A DNA stretch of 64,000 nucleotides from a bacterium (GTDB lineage: Bacteria > RBG-13-61-14 > DATKZS01), in assembly GCA_963674965.2 (NCBI GenBank), contig CAXXFL010000006.1:896001-960000 (forward strand), given 5' to 3'. A model generated the notes under the pieces. It made no database searches. It worked only from the letters and a program-made list of their open reading frames with translations, and was not told the origin of the DNA. Shown piece by piece: positions 17,916-29,200 of the stretch. How positions within the stretch are numbered: position 1 is the stretch's first letter; every line of letters begins with the position of its first letter. Both the position numbers and the translations under genes were made by a program.

Positions 17916-20900
17916 TTACTCCTTGTCGAACATGCCCATTGAACAGATGATGCGAGGTTCCTGGAGATTGACTTCTTCCTCGATGAGACAAAGTTTTCCT
18001 TCCTCTTTGAGGAGGAGGACCAACTCGGCCAGGCGGTCATCGTCCACGCCCGCCCTGAGTTGGCGGTTGAGCATGTCAATGGCCGTCTGCCGCAAGGGGA
18101 ATCGATAGATAAGGTCGATGGCCTTCTGGATGTCATTGGCATGCTGCTCGAACAGCGTCCCCTTTAGGTCTCTGATATATTTGTCGAGTCTGGTATAGGT
18201 GCGAAAACGGGCTCCGCTCGGCCTGCCCAACTGCCCGCCCACTCGTTTCTCTTCCTTGGCCACATGGCGGACCGCCTCCTGGACCAGTGAGTGGTGTTTC
18301 TTGTGGCGAGGGATGGCCGGAGTGTCCGGGCCGCACTCCGCTATCTTCAAAATCTCATACTGGGATTCAGTGATGCTGTCGCCGTGCTTGTTCATGTAGG
18401 CAAGAGCGTCATTGCCCTCGGCGGTTCGCATGTAGCAAAGGACTCCTTCCGGCTCTTCTTCGCTTGGCATGTGGGGGCGGGTTGAATAAATCACATCGGG
18501 CAGTCCCTCGACCTTTTTCCTGAGTTCGGGGTTGTCCTCTGTTGCCTGTTTCCAAATCTCGAACGCCCTGGACGCAAGGTCCACGTCCTGGTCGTCGTCA
18601 TCGAGGATGCCCGCCTTTTCGTGGTAGAGGTCGATGGCGGTTTTTTCGTCCATGTCATCCTCGAAGAACGCCTCATCAGCGCCGACCACTTCGGCATTCT
18701 CGGTGAGCCGCTGCCGGACCCGCTGGCGGAGGCGGATGATTTTTTCGACTCCATCGGCGGGAAGGAAGGAATAACAGAGTATCTTGTCCGCCTTTTGTCC
18801 GATACGGTCCACACGGCCCGCCCGTTGGATAAGGCGGATGATAGCCCAGGGCAGATCGTAATTGACCACGATGGCGCAATCCTGGAGGTTCTGGCCCTCG
18901 GAGAGGATGTCGGTTGCCACCAGGACCCGGAGTTCCTGTTCCGGACTGACACGGCTTCGCTTGTTGTTGCTCTCGGGACTGAAGCGCCAGGCCAGGGCGG
19001 TCGGGTCCGCTGAATCTCCGGTGACTCCCGCTGATGCCTGGATGCCAGAGTCCGTGAGCTGAGCTTCCAGGTAGCGGACCGTGTCGGCAAACTGGGTGAA
19101 GATGATGACCTTCTCGCCCTGGTGAGTGTGCGTAAGGAGCCTGAACAACGAACTCAGCTTCTCGTCCTTTTTCGGGTCCCATTCTCCCGCTTCATGGAGA
19201 ATGCCCATCAGGGCCGTTGCGTCCTTCTCCATGTCCTTGCCCAGGGACTTTACGAAAAGGCCCGGCCTCAGCCATTTGAAGCGGCTCCCGTACTGTTTGT
19301 CGTACTCCTCATAGACCTCTGCCGCCCGTGCCTTGAACTCGGCCTCGGTGCGGAGGCAGGTATGATTGTTGATGCTGTCGCCATTGTCGTCATCATCATC
19401 GAACAGGGTCCCCACCATCTGGTCCGAGTCCTGGTCGGTGATACGGGTGTCCAGCATGGCGGCATCCTGGGTCCCGAGGGGCAGAGGAAGGTTGTTCTCT
19501 ATGGCGTGCAGGAAGATGTAGTTCCGGAGTATGTGGCGCTCTACTGACTGGAGGAAGGCGGAGCCGCTGCTCTCCAGGCGTTTGAACAGATTGGTCCTGC
19601 AAAATCCCATGAGACGCTTCCCTGCTCTGCCCAAATCGGCGAGTTGCTTGGCTTCGGTTTGGTTCGGTGGATTGCGTGGAGTTGATGCAATGTAGTTGCC
19701 CAGTCCGTAGCGGGGAAGGTTCAGGGAGTTGATGGTGTCCACCACCTCCTCGGCATAGAGGCGGGCGTATTGGTCATCCGGACTCTTGTCATCAATTGAG
19801 AACTTGACCGTCCTGGGCGTTCGCTCGGGGAAGTAGGCCTTCCCTCCGTCCTCATAGGTTATGTACTTACGACCATTGCCCTGGTCGGTCTTGGCGTAGT
19901 TGTCCTTGATGAAGCTTCGGGTTCGGCGGACAAGGTATAAACGCATGAGGTCCCGCCAGTCGTCGGCATAGTAACTCTTCTCAAATGCGGCCAGGGAACG
20001 AGTGGAACACTGATGACGGCGGATGAATTCGGTCTCGCCAATGTCCCGGAGAAGTTGCTCCGGGCGGATGCCGATGTCCCGCTCTTCTTCAAGGAACAGA
20101 CGGAGCTGGCTGGAAAGGTCCAGATAGCTCTTGTTATAGGGAGTTGCTGACAGGAGAATTACTCTGCTGTCATTCTCCTTGATGTATTCCTGGATTGCCC
20201 GGAAACGCTTGCCCTCCCGGTTACGGAGGTTATGGCTCTCATCTATCAGCACGAGACGGTAGCGGCGCATTTCCGGAAGTCTCTTGATGACCTTGCTTAT
20301 TGAGATCACCTTGCCCCGGAGCCGGAATCCTTCCCGGTAGTCCTTCCACATGGGGACCAGGTTTTTGGGACAGATGATTAGGGTCTCCAGGCCGAAGTCA
20401 TCCTCGAAGATTCGAGCCACGGCTGTGGCCATCAAGGTCTTGCCCAGGCCGACAACATCACCTATCAGCACGCCATTGCGCTTGTGAAGATGATGGGCGG
20501 CTATCTTGACGGCAGCGACCTGGAACTCGAAGAGCTTGTCTCCAAAGTCCTTCGGGATATTGAACTCGGACAAGCCGGACCTGGCCTCCTGGGAAAGGTG
20601 GTAGGCCATCTTGAGATAGACGTGGTATGGGGGAATGAGGTCTTCCCTGGCCCAACTGGTCTCGATGATCTCGGCCAGTTCTTCGGATATGTCCAGGCAG
20701 AAGCGGTCTTCCCAGCGGTCCTCGAACCACTTGGCCAGCTTCTGGCAAGCGTCCTGTTCGAGCACATCCACGTTGAGCTCGCCCTGGACCTTCAGCCCGG
20801 AGAAGGTCAGGTTGCTACTGCCCAGGAAGCCGACAACCTTGAAATTTGGTTCATTAGGACGAAAGCATAAGTAAAGTTTGGCGTGAAGCGGGTTTCGGAG

Positions 20901-21299
20901 ATAGAGCTTGACTCGGACTTTCTTGGCCCTGATCTGCCTTGCCAGCCTCTGAAGTCCAGCCTCATCCTCGTTGGTTGGAGTCCCGATAAGCAACTGCTGG
21001 CGGAACTCCTCGGCCAAGCGTTTCTTGAGGCGCATGGCAGTCTGGTTGTCCATCTCGTCGTCACCGTCTGCCGTGCTGAGGGCTTCCTTTAGTTCATCAT
21101 GAGGTAGCCTCTGCATCCCGACCAGGAGACGGCAGCAAGAGTCGTCAGTCCCTTGCCAGCTCTCGATGTAGGAGTCCAGAAGCTTCCAGCCACGAAGATT
21201 GAAGTATCCGACACAGAAGTCGGCCCGTTTTGAAACTTGCAGGGTATCTTTTAATCCGCGTATCAAATGAAATTCAATATTGTCGTAAATTGTAGGCAC
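17916..21299 (-). CDS. PLD nuclease-SNF2/DEAD-box helicase fusion
   Basis: VGYF, LHAKLY..GSSNLT..GELN (PLD); GDVVGLGKT; DESH; SATP; SEGQNLQ; QRAGRVDRIGQ. GTG start at 21299. Confidence 0.9.
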   Translation of the reverse strand: MPTIYDNIEFHLIRGLKDTLQVSKRADFCVGYFNLRGWKLLDSYIESWQGTDDSCCRLLVGMQRLPHDELKEALSTADGDDEMDNQTAMRLKKRLAEEFRQQLLIGTPTNEDEAGLQRLARQIRAKKVRVKLYLRNPLHAKLYLCFRPNEPNFKVVGFLGSSNLTFSGLKVQGELNVDVLEQDACQKLAKWFEDRWEDRFCLDISEELAEIIETSWAREDLIPPYHVYLKMAYHLSQEARSGLSEFNIPKDFGDKLFEFQVAAVKIAAHHLHKRNGVLIGDVVGLGKTLMATAVARIFEDDFGLETLIICPKNLVPMWKDYREGFRLRGKVISISKVIKRLPEMRRYRLVLIDESHNLRNREGKRFRAIQEYIKENDSRVILLSATPYNKSYLDLSSQLRLFLEEERDIGIRPEQLLRDIGETEFIRRHQCSTRSLAAFEKSYYADDWRDLMRLYLVRRTRSFIKDNYAKTDQGNGRKYITYEDGGKAYFPERTPRTVKFSIDDKSPDDQYARLYAEEVVDTINSLNLPRYGLGNYIASTPRNPPNQTEAKQLADLGRAGKRLMGFCRTNLFKRLESSGSAFLQSVERHILRNYIFLHAIENNLPLPLGTQDAAMLDTRITDQDSDQMVGTLFDDDDDNGDSINNHTCLRTEAEFKARAAEVYEEYDKQYGSRFKWLRPGLFVKSLGKDMEKDATALMGILHEAGEWDPKKDEKLSSLFRLLTHTHQGEKVIIFTQFADTVRYLEAQLTDSGIQASAGVTGDSADPTALAWRFSPESNNKRSRVSPEQELRVLVATDILSEGQNLQDCAIVVNYDLPWAIIRLIQRAGRVDRIGQKADKILCYSFLPADGVEKIIRLRQRVRQRLTENAEVVGADEAFFEDDMDEKTAIDLYHEKAGILDDDDQDVDLASRAFEIWKQATEDNPELRKKVEGLPDVIYSTRPHMPSEEEPEGVLCYMRTAEGNDALAYMNKHGDSITESQYEILKIAECGPDTPAIPRHKKHHSLVQEAVRHVAKEEKRVGGQLGRPSGARFRTYTRLDKYIRDLKGTLFEQHANDIQKAIDLIYRFPLRQTAIDMLNRQLRAGVDDDRLAELVLLLKEEGKLCLIEEEVNLQEPRIICSMGMFDKE

Positions 21300-21312
21300 T
21301 CTTAAAACCTCA

Positions 21313-21507
21313 TTATTTGGATTTGATATTCGAACCTTTCCGAACCCATACGTCAATTTCTTCTTTACGGAATTTCCAAAGGCGGCCAACCTTATGAGCC
21401 GGCATGCTCTTGCGAGATATCCACTTATATACCGTGTCCCGCTTTACGCCAAGGTAGGCAGCTATCTCATCCACGGAAAGCCAGCGATCTCCGATGGTGT
21501 CGTTCAT
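21313..21507 (-). CDS. Excisionase-like HTH DNA-binding protein
   Basis: WLSVDEIAAYLGVKRDTVYKWI..PAHKVGRLWKF (HTH_17-type pattern). Confidence 0.9.
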   Translation of the reverse strand: MNDTIGDRWLSVDEIAAYLGVKRDTVYKWISRKSMPAHKVGRLWKFRKEEIDVWVRKGSNIKSK

Positions 21508-21657
21508 TCTATTTTCTCCAAGCCATATAGTTGACCACAAGAACTTGTCAACGGTTGACATAGACACAGTTCAAGCAATCTGTCCAATAGATCAGATTAG
21601 AACCATCCCAATCATAACAGGAGCACATGCTCTGTCAAGGACGGGAACCTTAGCTTA

Positions 21658-22206
21658 TTATGGCCAGCTAATTATTCTATGAGTCTCGTGCTTAGTAATT
21701 CCATTGTCATCGAAGATGTAGAGCCAAGCAAGTGATTGGCTGCTCCCTTCGAAGTCTAGAAAAGAGGCAAGTACTCGCTTGTAAGCACCATGGCATCCAA
21801 GCCGAAACCCCTCCAACCGATCAATCGCCGGTAGCCTCACTTCCGGATCGTCGAAGGTCAGAAGTTCCCCCGACACGCGGGCCCAGTCGCCCGTGGGCGG
21901 GTCTTTGGGGAGGAGATGGGGGTGCTGATCAGAGAAGCGCTCCTGGGTGGCCACGTCGGCCAGGGGATCGGAGGTGCCGTGGGCGAGGATGTGCTCGGGG
22001 GGAACTTCGAGGATGGGGATACCGGAGGGGAACTGGTAGAGGCGGCCGATGATGGTGATTGGCTCAATCGAAAGGACTCCTCGACAGAATCGGTCATGAT
22101 TTGCCCGCCCTTTTCGCAGGGTACCGTAAGTGGCCAGGCGGAGCAGTCCCTTTGTGTTCTCCTTCAGGGGATCATGATGGTTCATTGGGGGTACTTCCCG
22201 GTTCAT
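21658..22206 (-). CDS. Gamma-glutamylcyclotransferase (AIG2-like)
   Basis: YGTLRKGRANH, IDRLEG, AWLY; ATGA overlap with upstream gene. Confidence 0.82.
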   Translation of the reverse strand: MNREVPPMNHHDPLKENTKGLLRLATYGTLRKGRANHDRFCRGVLSIEPITIIGRLYQFPSGIPILEVPPEHILAHGTSDPLADVATQERFSDQHPHLLPKDPPTGDWARVSGELLTFDDPEVRLPAIDRLEGFRLGCHGAYKRVLASFLDFEGSSQSLAWLYIFDDNGITKHETHRIISWP

Positions 22207-23000
22207 TGTACTCCTCCCGTCGTTACTTTCATGGACCTTGCCTGGGCCTGGAACGTGAAGCCTTCCCTCGAGTACCCAGAGACATCCTCGAACCTGAACA
22301 CAACCAGGCTCATGGGAGGCAATGGAACCTCGCGCCAACCCCGTTCACCTTCCAGCACCGAATCCAGAAAACCCTTTTCAGAAGCGTAAAGTACGGCCCG
22401 GTGGCGCTTGTTGAAGCATAAGCTGAGGGGTTTATTGCCTTTCAGGACCAGGACGGTACCAGGAAGGCTTCGAGAGCTCATTATCGCGGTAAGCTGCCCG
22501 CGACAGTGTGAGAGCTGGCGCTTGAACCCGTCGAGATCAAGCTGCCCGTTCCTGAAAGCCCTGTTGGCCAGGCGAAAGATGATCTCGCTGTCCACTTCCG
22601 CGTAACGCCTCAGTTTGAACTTGTTAAACAGGTAATTGGCGTTGTAGATGGTCCCATTGTGCGTCCCTATGATCTCTCCAGCGCGGATGGGATGGTTATT
22701 GAGGTTATTGCGTTTGTCGCCGCGCGTGCGCCTGCGGGTGTGGCCGAGCAGCACGGTGGTCTTGTTGTCGATCTCGGAGATGACGTCAAAGTAAGCCTTG
22801 TCGGCGATGAAGATTTCGGCGGGCAGGGGCCGCTTGAATATTTTGTATTCTCCACTCAGCTTCAGCCAGGCGATGCCGGTGGCGTGGGCGCCGCGTTTCT
22901 CGCTGAGGGCGAGCAGGCGCGTGAAGAGCCAGGCGAGGCGCCTGCGCTCCTCGGCTCGCCTTTGTTTCTTGCCGAAGATGATCCCGACCTGGCCGCACAT
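22203..23000 (-). CDS. Class II glutamine amidotransferase
   Basis: N-terminal MCG nucleophile, RGAHATG, GHTR, NNHP, HNG, VDSE. Confidence 0.88.
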   Translation of the reverse strand: MCGQVGIIFGKKQRRAEERRRLAWLFTRLLALSEKRGAHATGIAWLKLSGEYKIFKRPLPAEIFIADKAYFDVISEIDNKTTVLLGHTRRRTRGDKRNNLNNHPIRAGEIIGTHNGTIYNANYLFNKFKLRRYAEVDSEIIFRLANRAFRNGQLDLDGFKRQLSHCRGQLTAIMSSRSLPGTVLVLKGNKPLSLCFNKRHRAVLYASEKGFLDSVLEGERGWREVPLPPMSLVVFRFEDVSGYSREGFTFQAQARSMKVTTGGVQ

Positions 23001-23491
23001 CAGGACTTCCCCCCTTCCACTCGGAAGCCCCGGAACAGGCCCTCGGAGTACCTCGCGCGGTTGGCCTCGATCCACTTGGCGGTCTCGGGGAACCCGAACT
23101 TGCGGGCAAGTTCGACCACCATGGGCCGGTCGAGCATGTGGGTCACTCCAGAGCGCCGGACCACATCGAGTCCTTCCAGGACCACTCGCGGCAAGGTGAT
23201 CGGGCCGCTTTTCTCGTCGTCCACGAACTCGGCGAATCCCGCACTTTCCAGTTCGGTGATAAAGGACTCGGCCATTTCCTCGAGGGACACTCCCTTAATC
23301 TCCAGGTCCTGGCCCGAGAAGCTTCGGATATTGTCGGTGACCATCTTGAGATACTGTTCGAGGTCTACGCCGATAAGCGAGGCCGCGTTCATGGCGTGAA
23401 CGATGTCCAGTTCGGTCTTGCCCTCGAACACCTGGCCATCTCCATCGAGCGGCTCTCCACTTAGTGTCGTGTTCCTTATCAAAATCTTCAT
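23000..23491 (-). CDS. Hypothetical protein with DUF5049-like C-terminus
   Basis: [36 protein letters not shown]. Confidence 0.6.
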   Translation of the reverse strand: MKILIRNTTLSGEPLDGDGQVFEGKTELDIVHAMNAASLIGVDLEQYLKMVTDNIRSFSGQDLEIKGVSLEEMAESFITELESAGFAEFVDDEKSGPITLPRVVLEGLDVVRRSGVTHMLDRPMVVELARKFGFPETAKWIEANRARYSEGLFRGFRVEGGKS

Positions 23492-24429
23492 TGCGCTCCT
23501 CCTTCGACTCTGCTTTGCTCAACCGCTACTGTCTCAGTGGCCTCGTTCCTGGGCCTCGCCTTCTTAAAGGCCGAGTCGCCGGGAAGTCCGGCCAGCAGGT
23601 GTTTACGCGCGGTCTTGAACTCGTCGCCGATGAGACCGAGGTGGAGCAGGAAGACCCGGAAGTCGTATCGCGCGCTCTCGGCGTTGAAGGTCCTTTTCCG
23701 GCTGGAGGCGGCGCGTCCGTTCAGGGCCTTAGCCGCTATGGCCAGGCAAAGCTGGATGTAGGCCTTGACCTTTCCCGCGTGGAGCGTCCCCTCGAACCAG
23801 CGGAACTCGATGGTCCCCCGGTACCAGACATTGTGCAGGTTCACGCCGTGATAGCGGCTGCTGTCGAAGTGGGATGGCTGTCGGTTGTGGTACCCGTACC
23901 AGATCTGGTTCAACTGGTCCTTGGTCCTGGGGCGGCTCTTCTCGATCTTCTTGATCAGGTCTTCGCTCATCGGCTTGGTGTACCGGTTAAGCCTGTGGGT
24001 GGCGACGCCCAGCGCGGTGAGGATAAGCGCCTCCTGCTTGTAGATGATCTTGGCCAGATTCCCGAGGGTGCGTCCGTCAAAGGGCGCGGCGTTCACGTGA
24101 ATATGGATGCCGCATTTCTCGTCGATCTTGGCCCCGCACTTACGGACCGCCCTGATGACCTCCTGCAGGGTCGGGATGTCCTCGTATGAGAGGACCGGGC
24201 TTACGACCTCGGCCCGCAGGCTGAAGGGCACGTTGATGAGCGAGCCGTCCGCCACCACCTTCCAGACGCGGCCCTGGCTGTCCTTCACCTCCCAGGGATC
24301 GAAGCTACCCGGGCTGCCCACGTAAGTGACTTCGCCGCCCACCGCCAACTGGATGGCCCGAGCCACCCTTTCCCGTGTTCTTTTAACCGTCTCGATCTCG
24401 ACTCCAAAGTTTAATTCCCGTAGGTCCAT
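23488..24429 (-). CDS. Putative amidoligase (COOH-NH2 ligase type 2)
   Basis: [43 protein letters not shown]. Confidence 0.9.
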   Translation of the reverse strand: MDLRELNFGVEIETVKRTRERVARAIQLAVGGEVTYVGSPGSFDPWEVKDSQGRVWKVVADGSLINVPFSLRAEVVSPVLSYEDIPTLQEVIRAVRKCGAKIDEKCGIHIHVNAAPFDGRTLGNLAKIIYKQEALILTALGVATHRLNRYTKPMSEDLIKKIEKSRPRTKDQLNQIWYGYHNRQPSHFDSSRYHGVNLHNVWYRGTIEFRWFEGTLHAGKVKAYIQLCLAIAAKALNGRAASSRKRTFNAESARYDFRVFLLHLGLIGDEFKTARKHLLAGLPGDSAFKKARPRNEATETVAVEQSRVEGGAQ

Positions 24430-24669
24430 GATTCCTCCTTGCTTTCCGTAAGTCGTTGTTCCGTAACCGTTTTTAGTGCTTTGCATGACTCACATGAACG
24501 CTTCTTTCATCTTGGAAAGCAAGTCATTTCTGAAGTAAGTTCGGTCTGGATCCACGGGTTTTTCGGGCGCATGTACATGGCGAAAATACTCGCCAATTAA
24601 CGACGGGTTGCGGCCCGGCCAGGAATCGGGGGCATGGCCAGGGACACCATGAAAGAACACCGGCCCGAT

Positions 24670-25974
24670 TTACTTCCACTCGGCTCCGGTGAATTTCTGC
24701 CATGCACCGCCGTCGGGGAGGTCGGTGTTGAACCACTCGTCGCCCAGGGCGGGCGTGGGGATGGCGGCGTCGCGCTCGGCGGTGGCGCCCTGGCCGCGCA
24801 GGACCTTGGCCTGGGGACTCAATCCCTGCCCGAGTCGGCTAGGCGCGAGGAGGTCGGTCCAATCCAGCCTCTGGGCCCGGAGGCGGGCGACGAAGGTCTC
24901 GTAGTCCGATCCGCTACGGCCGGCGCGGTACAGGAGGAACGATCCGTCCTCGTCCTGGACCAGGCTTGGCGTGTAGCATCTTTGCAGGAAAGGACCCATC
25001 CCGGCCTGGAACACGGGGTTGAAATGAGCTTTGGTCCAATGTATACGGTCCCAGGACCAGGCGTAGCCGATCCCTTTGTTGCCGCCGCCTCCGCCCGAGT
25101 AGAGCATCCACCATCTTCCGTCCTCGAGCCTTTCCACGTGACAGGCTGAAATATAACCGTTGGCGCCTTCCCAGGATTGAGGATCGATCAGGCCGGAGAG
25201 GATGGGAGCATCGCCATATAGATTCCAGTTGATCGCGTCATCGGAGTAGCCTAGACCGAGGCAGTCGTTTCCTCCGGTGCTGGCGATAAAGTACATGGCG
25301 TAGCGCCAGGTAAATGGCTTCCCTGGGATCGACGTCGGCTCCGGGTTGTACCAGAGGAAGGAGGGACCGTAGTGGCCTCGGTTCCAAACGGGTTCACTTC
25401 CCTCGGTCACCAGATCGCCGGAGCACGAGAGGTCATCATAAAAAGCCGATGGATCGTCCAGCGGATTGCAGACGGCGGCGCGAAGCCCGGCCATGTTGTA
25501 GGGCTGATTGGCCACGTCCGGGTCCCAATAGAGGGCGCGTAGTCTCTCGGGCGTCTCGAGAACGCAGACGACGTGGTAGCCGTTCGCGGCGAGGCCGGAG
25601 ACCTTTTTCTCGGCGTCCCATGCCATGCCGTCATCCGAGAAAGCGATACTCATCCCGGCTCCGTCGCCGTAATAAGCGACGAAGTCTCTCATGGCGGAGC
25701 CGTCGTTGAATCCGCCCGCCGAGCGAAGGACTCGAACGTAATAAGCCCGGCTCGATGAGATCGGCAGCGCCTTGGGATAGTAGTGCTTGAAAATAACCGG
25801 CGGCGGGCCGGTGGGAGCGGCCGCGCCCGAAGGCGCCTCGATAAGGCCCAGGCCGATGGCTCGCGCGAGGTCCGGCGTGACGGAGGGAACTATAAGTGAC
25901 TCGCCCGGCCGGAGGACTCCCGGTATACCGGTCAGCTCGAGCACGGCGTCGGTAACGCTTTTGATGGTAATCAT
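24670..25974 (-). CDS. Tail-associated beta-propeller, glycoside-hydrolase-like protein
   Basis: Repeated blades IAFSDDGMAW, LGYSDDAINW, YAWSWDRIHW..NPV; last gene of the tail operon. Confidence 0.6.
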   Translation of the reverse strand: MITIKSVTDAVLELTGIPGVLRPGESLIVPSVTPDLARAIGLGLIEAPSGAAAPTGPPPVIFKHYYPKALPISSSRAYYVRVLRSAGGFNDGSAMRDFVAYYGDGAGMSIAFSDDGMAWDAEKKVSGLAANGYHVVCVLETPERLRALYWDPDVANQPYNMAGLRAAVCNPLDDPSAFYDDLSCSGDLVTEGSEPVWNRGHYGPSFLWYNPEPTSIPGKPFTWRYAMYFIASTGGNDCLGLGYSDDAINWNLYGDAPILSGLIDPQSWEGANGYISACHVERLEDGRWWMLYSGGGGGNKGIGYAWSWDRIHWTKAHFNPVFQAGMGPFLQRCYTPSLVQDEDGSFLLYRAGRSGSDYETFVARLRAQRLDWTDLLAPSRLGQGLSPQAKVLRGQGATAERDAAIPTPALGDEWFNTDLPDGGAWQKFTGAEWK

Positions 25975-26243
25975 GACTCTATCCCTTCGGCGTGGGATAT
26001 TCCCAGTTCCATGATTTTTCGGTTGAGTTCGCTCGCCTGGCGCTCTTCTCGTCCAATGCGGTCCAGGAGATCGTCGAACCGCGACGCCTCCTCGAGAGGA
26101 AGTCCGAAGGCCTCCTCGATTCTTTTTACTCGCTTATGAAGCTCCTCGATCAGGCCGAGCGCGTGGTCCCTTATCACTCCGTCCCGCTTCTCCTGGGGCG
26201 TTGGAATGAACTCGGTCATGCCTCCGTCTTTTCTTACGATCAC
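25971..26243 (-). CDS. Small hypothetical phage protein
   Basis: 90-aa ORF tightly packed in the operon with RBS. Confidence 0.6.
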   Translation of the reverse strand: MIVRKDGGMTEFIPTPQEKRDGVIRDHALGLIEELHKRVKRIEEAFGLPLEEASRFDDLLDRIGREERQASELNRKIMELGISHAEGIES

Positions 26244-26253
26244 GTCTATCCTC

Positions 26254-29200
26254 CTAGCTCAGGGTCGCGCCCAGGGAGTGAACGCGCGGATAGACCAGGT
26301 TGTTGCCGGTCATCTCGGCCTTGTAGCGCACTTTCCTCGCGGTGGGATCGGTGAACGACCTGGTCAGGATATACTCGGTCCACTCGTGGTCGATCTTCCT
26401 GGTCGAGTCGATGGACATGGCCTCCCAGGTATCGCCGCCGTCGTTGGAGGCGAACCAGTTGACGTTGGTCCCGCTGGGTATATTCATTTGCGCGTAGACC
26501 TTGGTGGACTCGACCCCCTGGGTAAGCTCGTTTTCCCTGGTGACGTAGGCCCCGGCCACGTTGTTTAAGTACCCCACCAGGTTCACGTCCTTATAGTTGA
26601 GGGCGGGCGAATCGTTCGCAAGGTCGCTGGTGAAGATGGCCCGGACGAGCACCTGGCCCGCTATGTTGGGCAAGTCCTCCTCATCTGCCGGCACGATGGC
26701 GTCCCAGGTGGCCCCGCCGTCGGTCGAGTATTCCCAGACGATCCCGGCCCCCTCGGGGATGGCCGAGTACTCGTCGAGGTTGATCTCGCTGAACTGGACC
26801 CCGGTGATGGGCTGAAAGCGGACCTCGCCGGCGGGATTGAAGTCGTATCCGTAGATTTTCATGCTCAGGTCCGAGCCGTTGAGGGGCGTCCAGGTCTCGG
26901 CGTTCGAGGATTCGAGGAGCACTCCCACCGGGTAGGCCTGCCGGGTAATAACGCCGTTTTGTCCCATCTGGCCCAGGGTGGCCACGCGGACCTTGTAATT
27001 GGTACCGTTGGTGAGAATCACCATCGCGTAGCCGGCGTCGGCCTCGGCGTAAAAGGGATCGTCGAACTCGATTTTGGTCTCGGCGTTCAAGGTTATCTCG
27101 GCGGGGGAGACGACCTTCTCGGCCAGGACCACCTCGTTGGGCAGTCCGGTGGTAACCCCTCGAATCTGGATGGTGACCGGGATGGCCGCTTCCTTTTGCG
27201 TGAAATACACTCCCACGGCGGAGATGACTCGGTTTTGGGCAAAGCTGAAGGTCTGGGCCAGGGGATCGCGGCGCCTGGTCCTCACCCGCCGGCGCCACAC
27301 GGTCCGGACCACGGGAACGCGTATAACGCGGGGTGGAGCGGGTTCGACCGTGACCTGCCGCCGCACGATGGCGCGGTCGACCACCACCCGCTCGATTCGG
27401 GTGATCTCCAATGGGTCGTTCACCTGGAGGTTGGCCTGGGCCGAATAAGTCCCGTCCGTCATCTCGACCACGCGGTCCCCGTTTCTGGCCTCCGAGGGGA
27501 TGGTGAAGGAGGCGATCACGCGCCCGACCGAGTCGGCTGTCAGGCCGGACGCTGCCACCTGGCCGTCGCAGCGAAGAATGACGTTTGCGGCGCTGGGCGT
27601 GAAATTCGATCCTATCGCGGCGATTCCGGTCTGACCTCGTCTTCCCATGTTCGGCGTGATCTCGAGCGCGGCCTCGGGCTTATCGAACACGGCGTAGGGG
27701 TTGACGTTTTTTTCCTCGGACCAGTCGGGCTGTTCCACCAGCGTCGTCTCGAGGCCCGGCAGGAAGGCCAGGCTGCCCCTGAACATGGCGTCGCTCGAGG
27801 CCTCGTCAACGACCAGCGGGTTGGGCGTGGCGTCGCGGTCCGGTCCCACGAACCTCCTTATCTCGTCGATGCGGGCGCTCCACTCGTCATGGAAAAGGTC
27901 CGACTGGGCGTCATTGGAGAAGTCGTCGGAGTAGATGCCCTTCTTGGTCTGGGCGTCCCGGTTCTGGAGTTCGTTGTTCATCTGGAACTGGGCGTCGTTG
28001 TATTTCAGGTCTTCCACGTCCTGGATGATCTCGTGAATGCGGTCCATGGTGACGCGGGTAAGGCCGAAGTTCCTGACCGTCATCTCGACCGAGTTGGGCG
28101 GGCATTCGACGCTGCAAAGACCGAGGGTCCCCTCCGGCGCGATGGGCAGCTTGGGAGAGTCGGCGGGCGATCCCTCGAGCCTTTTGATCTCGCCGGTGGT
28201 CGCGTAGATAATGTCCTTCCTGCCCAGGTAATAGTCGTAATCGACGCTGCAGTTGGACCCGTCCACCGGCTCGTCGCCAATGGCCGCCCTCCCGAAATTA
28301 ATGACGCTAAGGTTGTCAAGCTCGATCTCGACGGGCGACATGGCGAGGGCGCTGGTGTTGGTCTCGGGAGGATTGCCTCCCGCGATCACGTCCACGCCGT
28401 CGTCGATGTATGAGGTTTCACCGCTTCCCACCTGTTTTAGAAGCTGGAAGTCGGTCCTGACCGCGTTCTGAGTTCCCCGATACACCTTGTAACCCGTGGC
28501 TCCATTGACCGGAAGCCAGCTGATCCGGTTGATCTCACCGGCGAGAGTGGCCCTGGAGACAACTTCCTCGGCGCTATACTCGGTCTCGCCCGAGGCGTCG
28601 GTTACGGTGACGAGATAGAAGTATTCCTCCGCCGATGGATGTCCGGATTGGCCGAACCAGCCGCCGTCAACGTAGTCATCTCCCTTTGCCATTTGTTTGA
28701 CGTAGGTCCAGCGAACGGTGTAGGTGGTCCCTATGGCCGGCTCGCTTCCCGTGCCCAGCCAGTCCACGAAATTGCCCGACTGTTGCCAGTCCACTCCCTC
28801 GGCGAACACGGTCGCGCCCTGGCTCACCTCGAGGATATCCACCACCGGGTTGGGGACCAGGAGGTCCTCGCCGCCCCCCACCGAGCCGCGCGTGACGTTC
28901 GAGACGATCTCGACGATGGCCTCGACCTGGGTGGTTTCCTTGAGGGGGGTCGAGTTCAGGGCATAGCGCCGCTGGCTCACGTTGTAGGTTTTTTGCTCGC
29001 CTCGGACCGACTTCGTGGCCTCGGACTTGGGGACCAGGAGGGTGGCGGGAAGGTCGCGCTGCAAACGATAACCCCGGATATAAGCGCGCCCCGCGTTGGT
29101 GATGACCTCGACCTCCTGGCCGTCGTTGTCCCCGATAAAGCTGTCCAGCCCCTTGACCAGGTAGCTTCCCGCCTGGTCGAAGGTCCGCTCGGCCAGGTTC

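Noticed and set aside
14534-21299. DISARM or BREX system
   Set aside because: drmA/drmB and pglZ/brxC are not seen.
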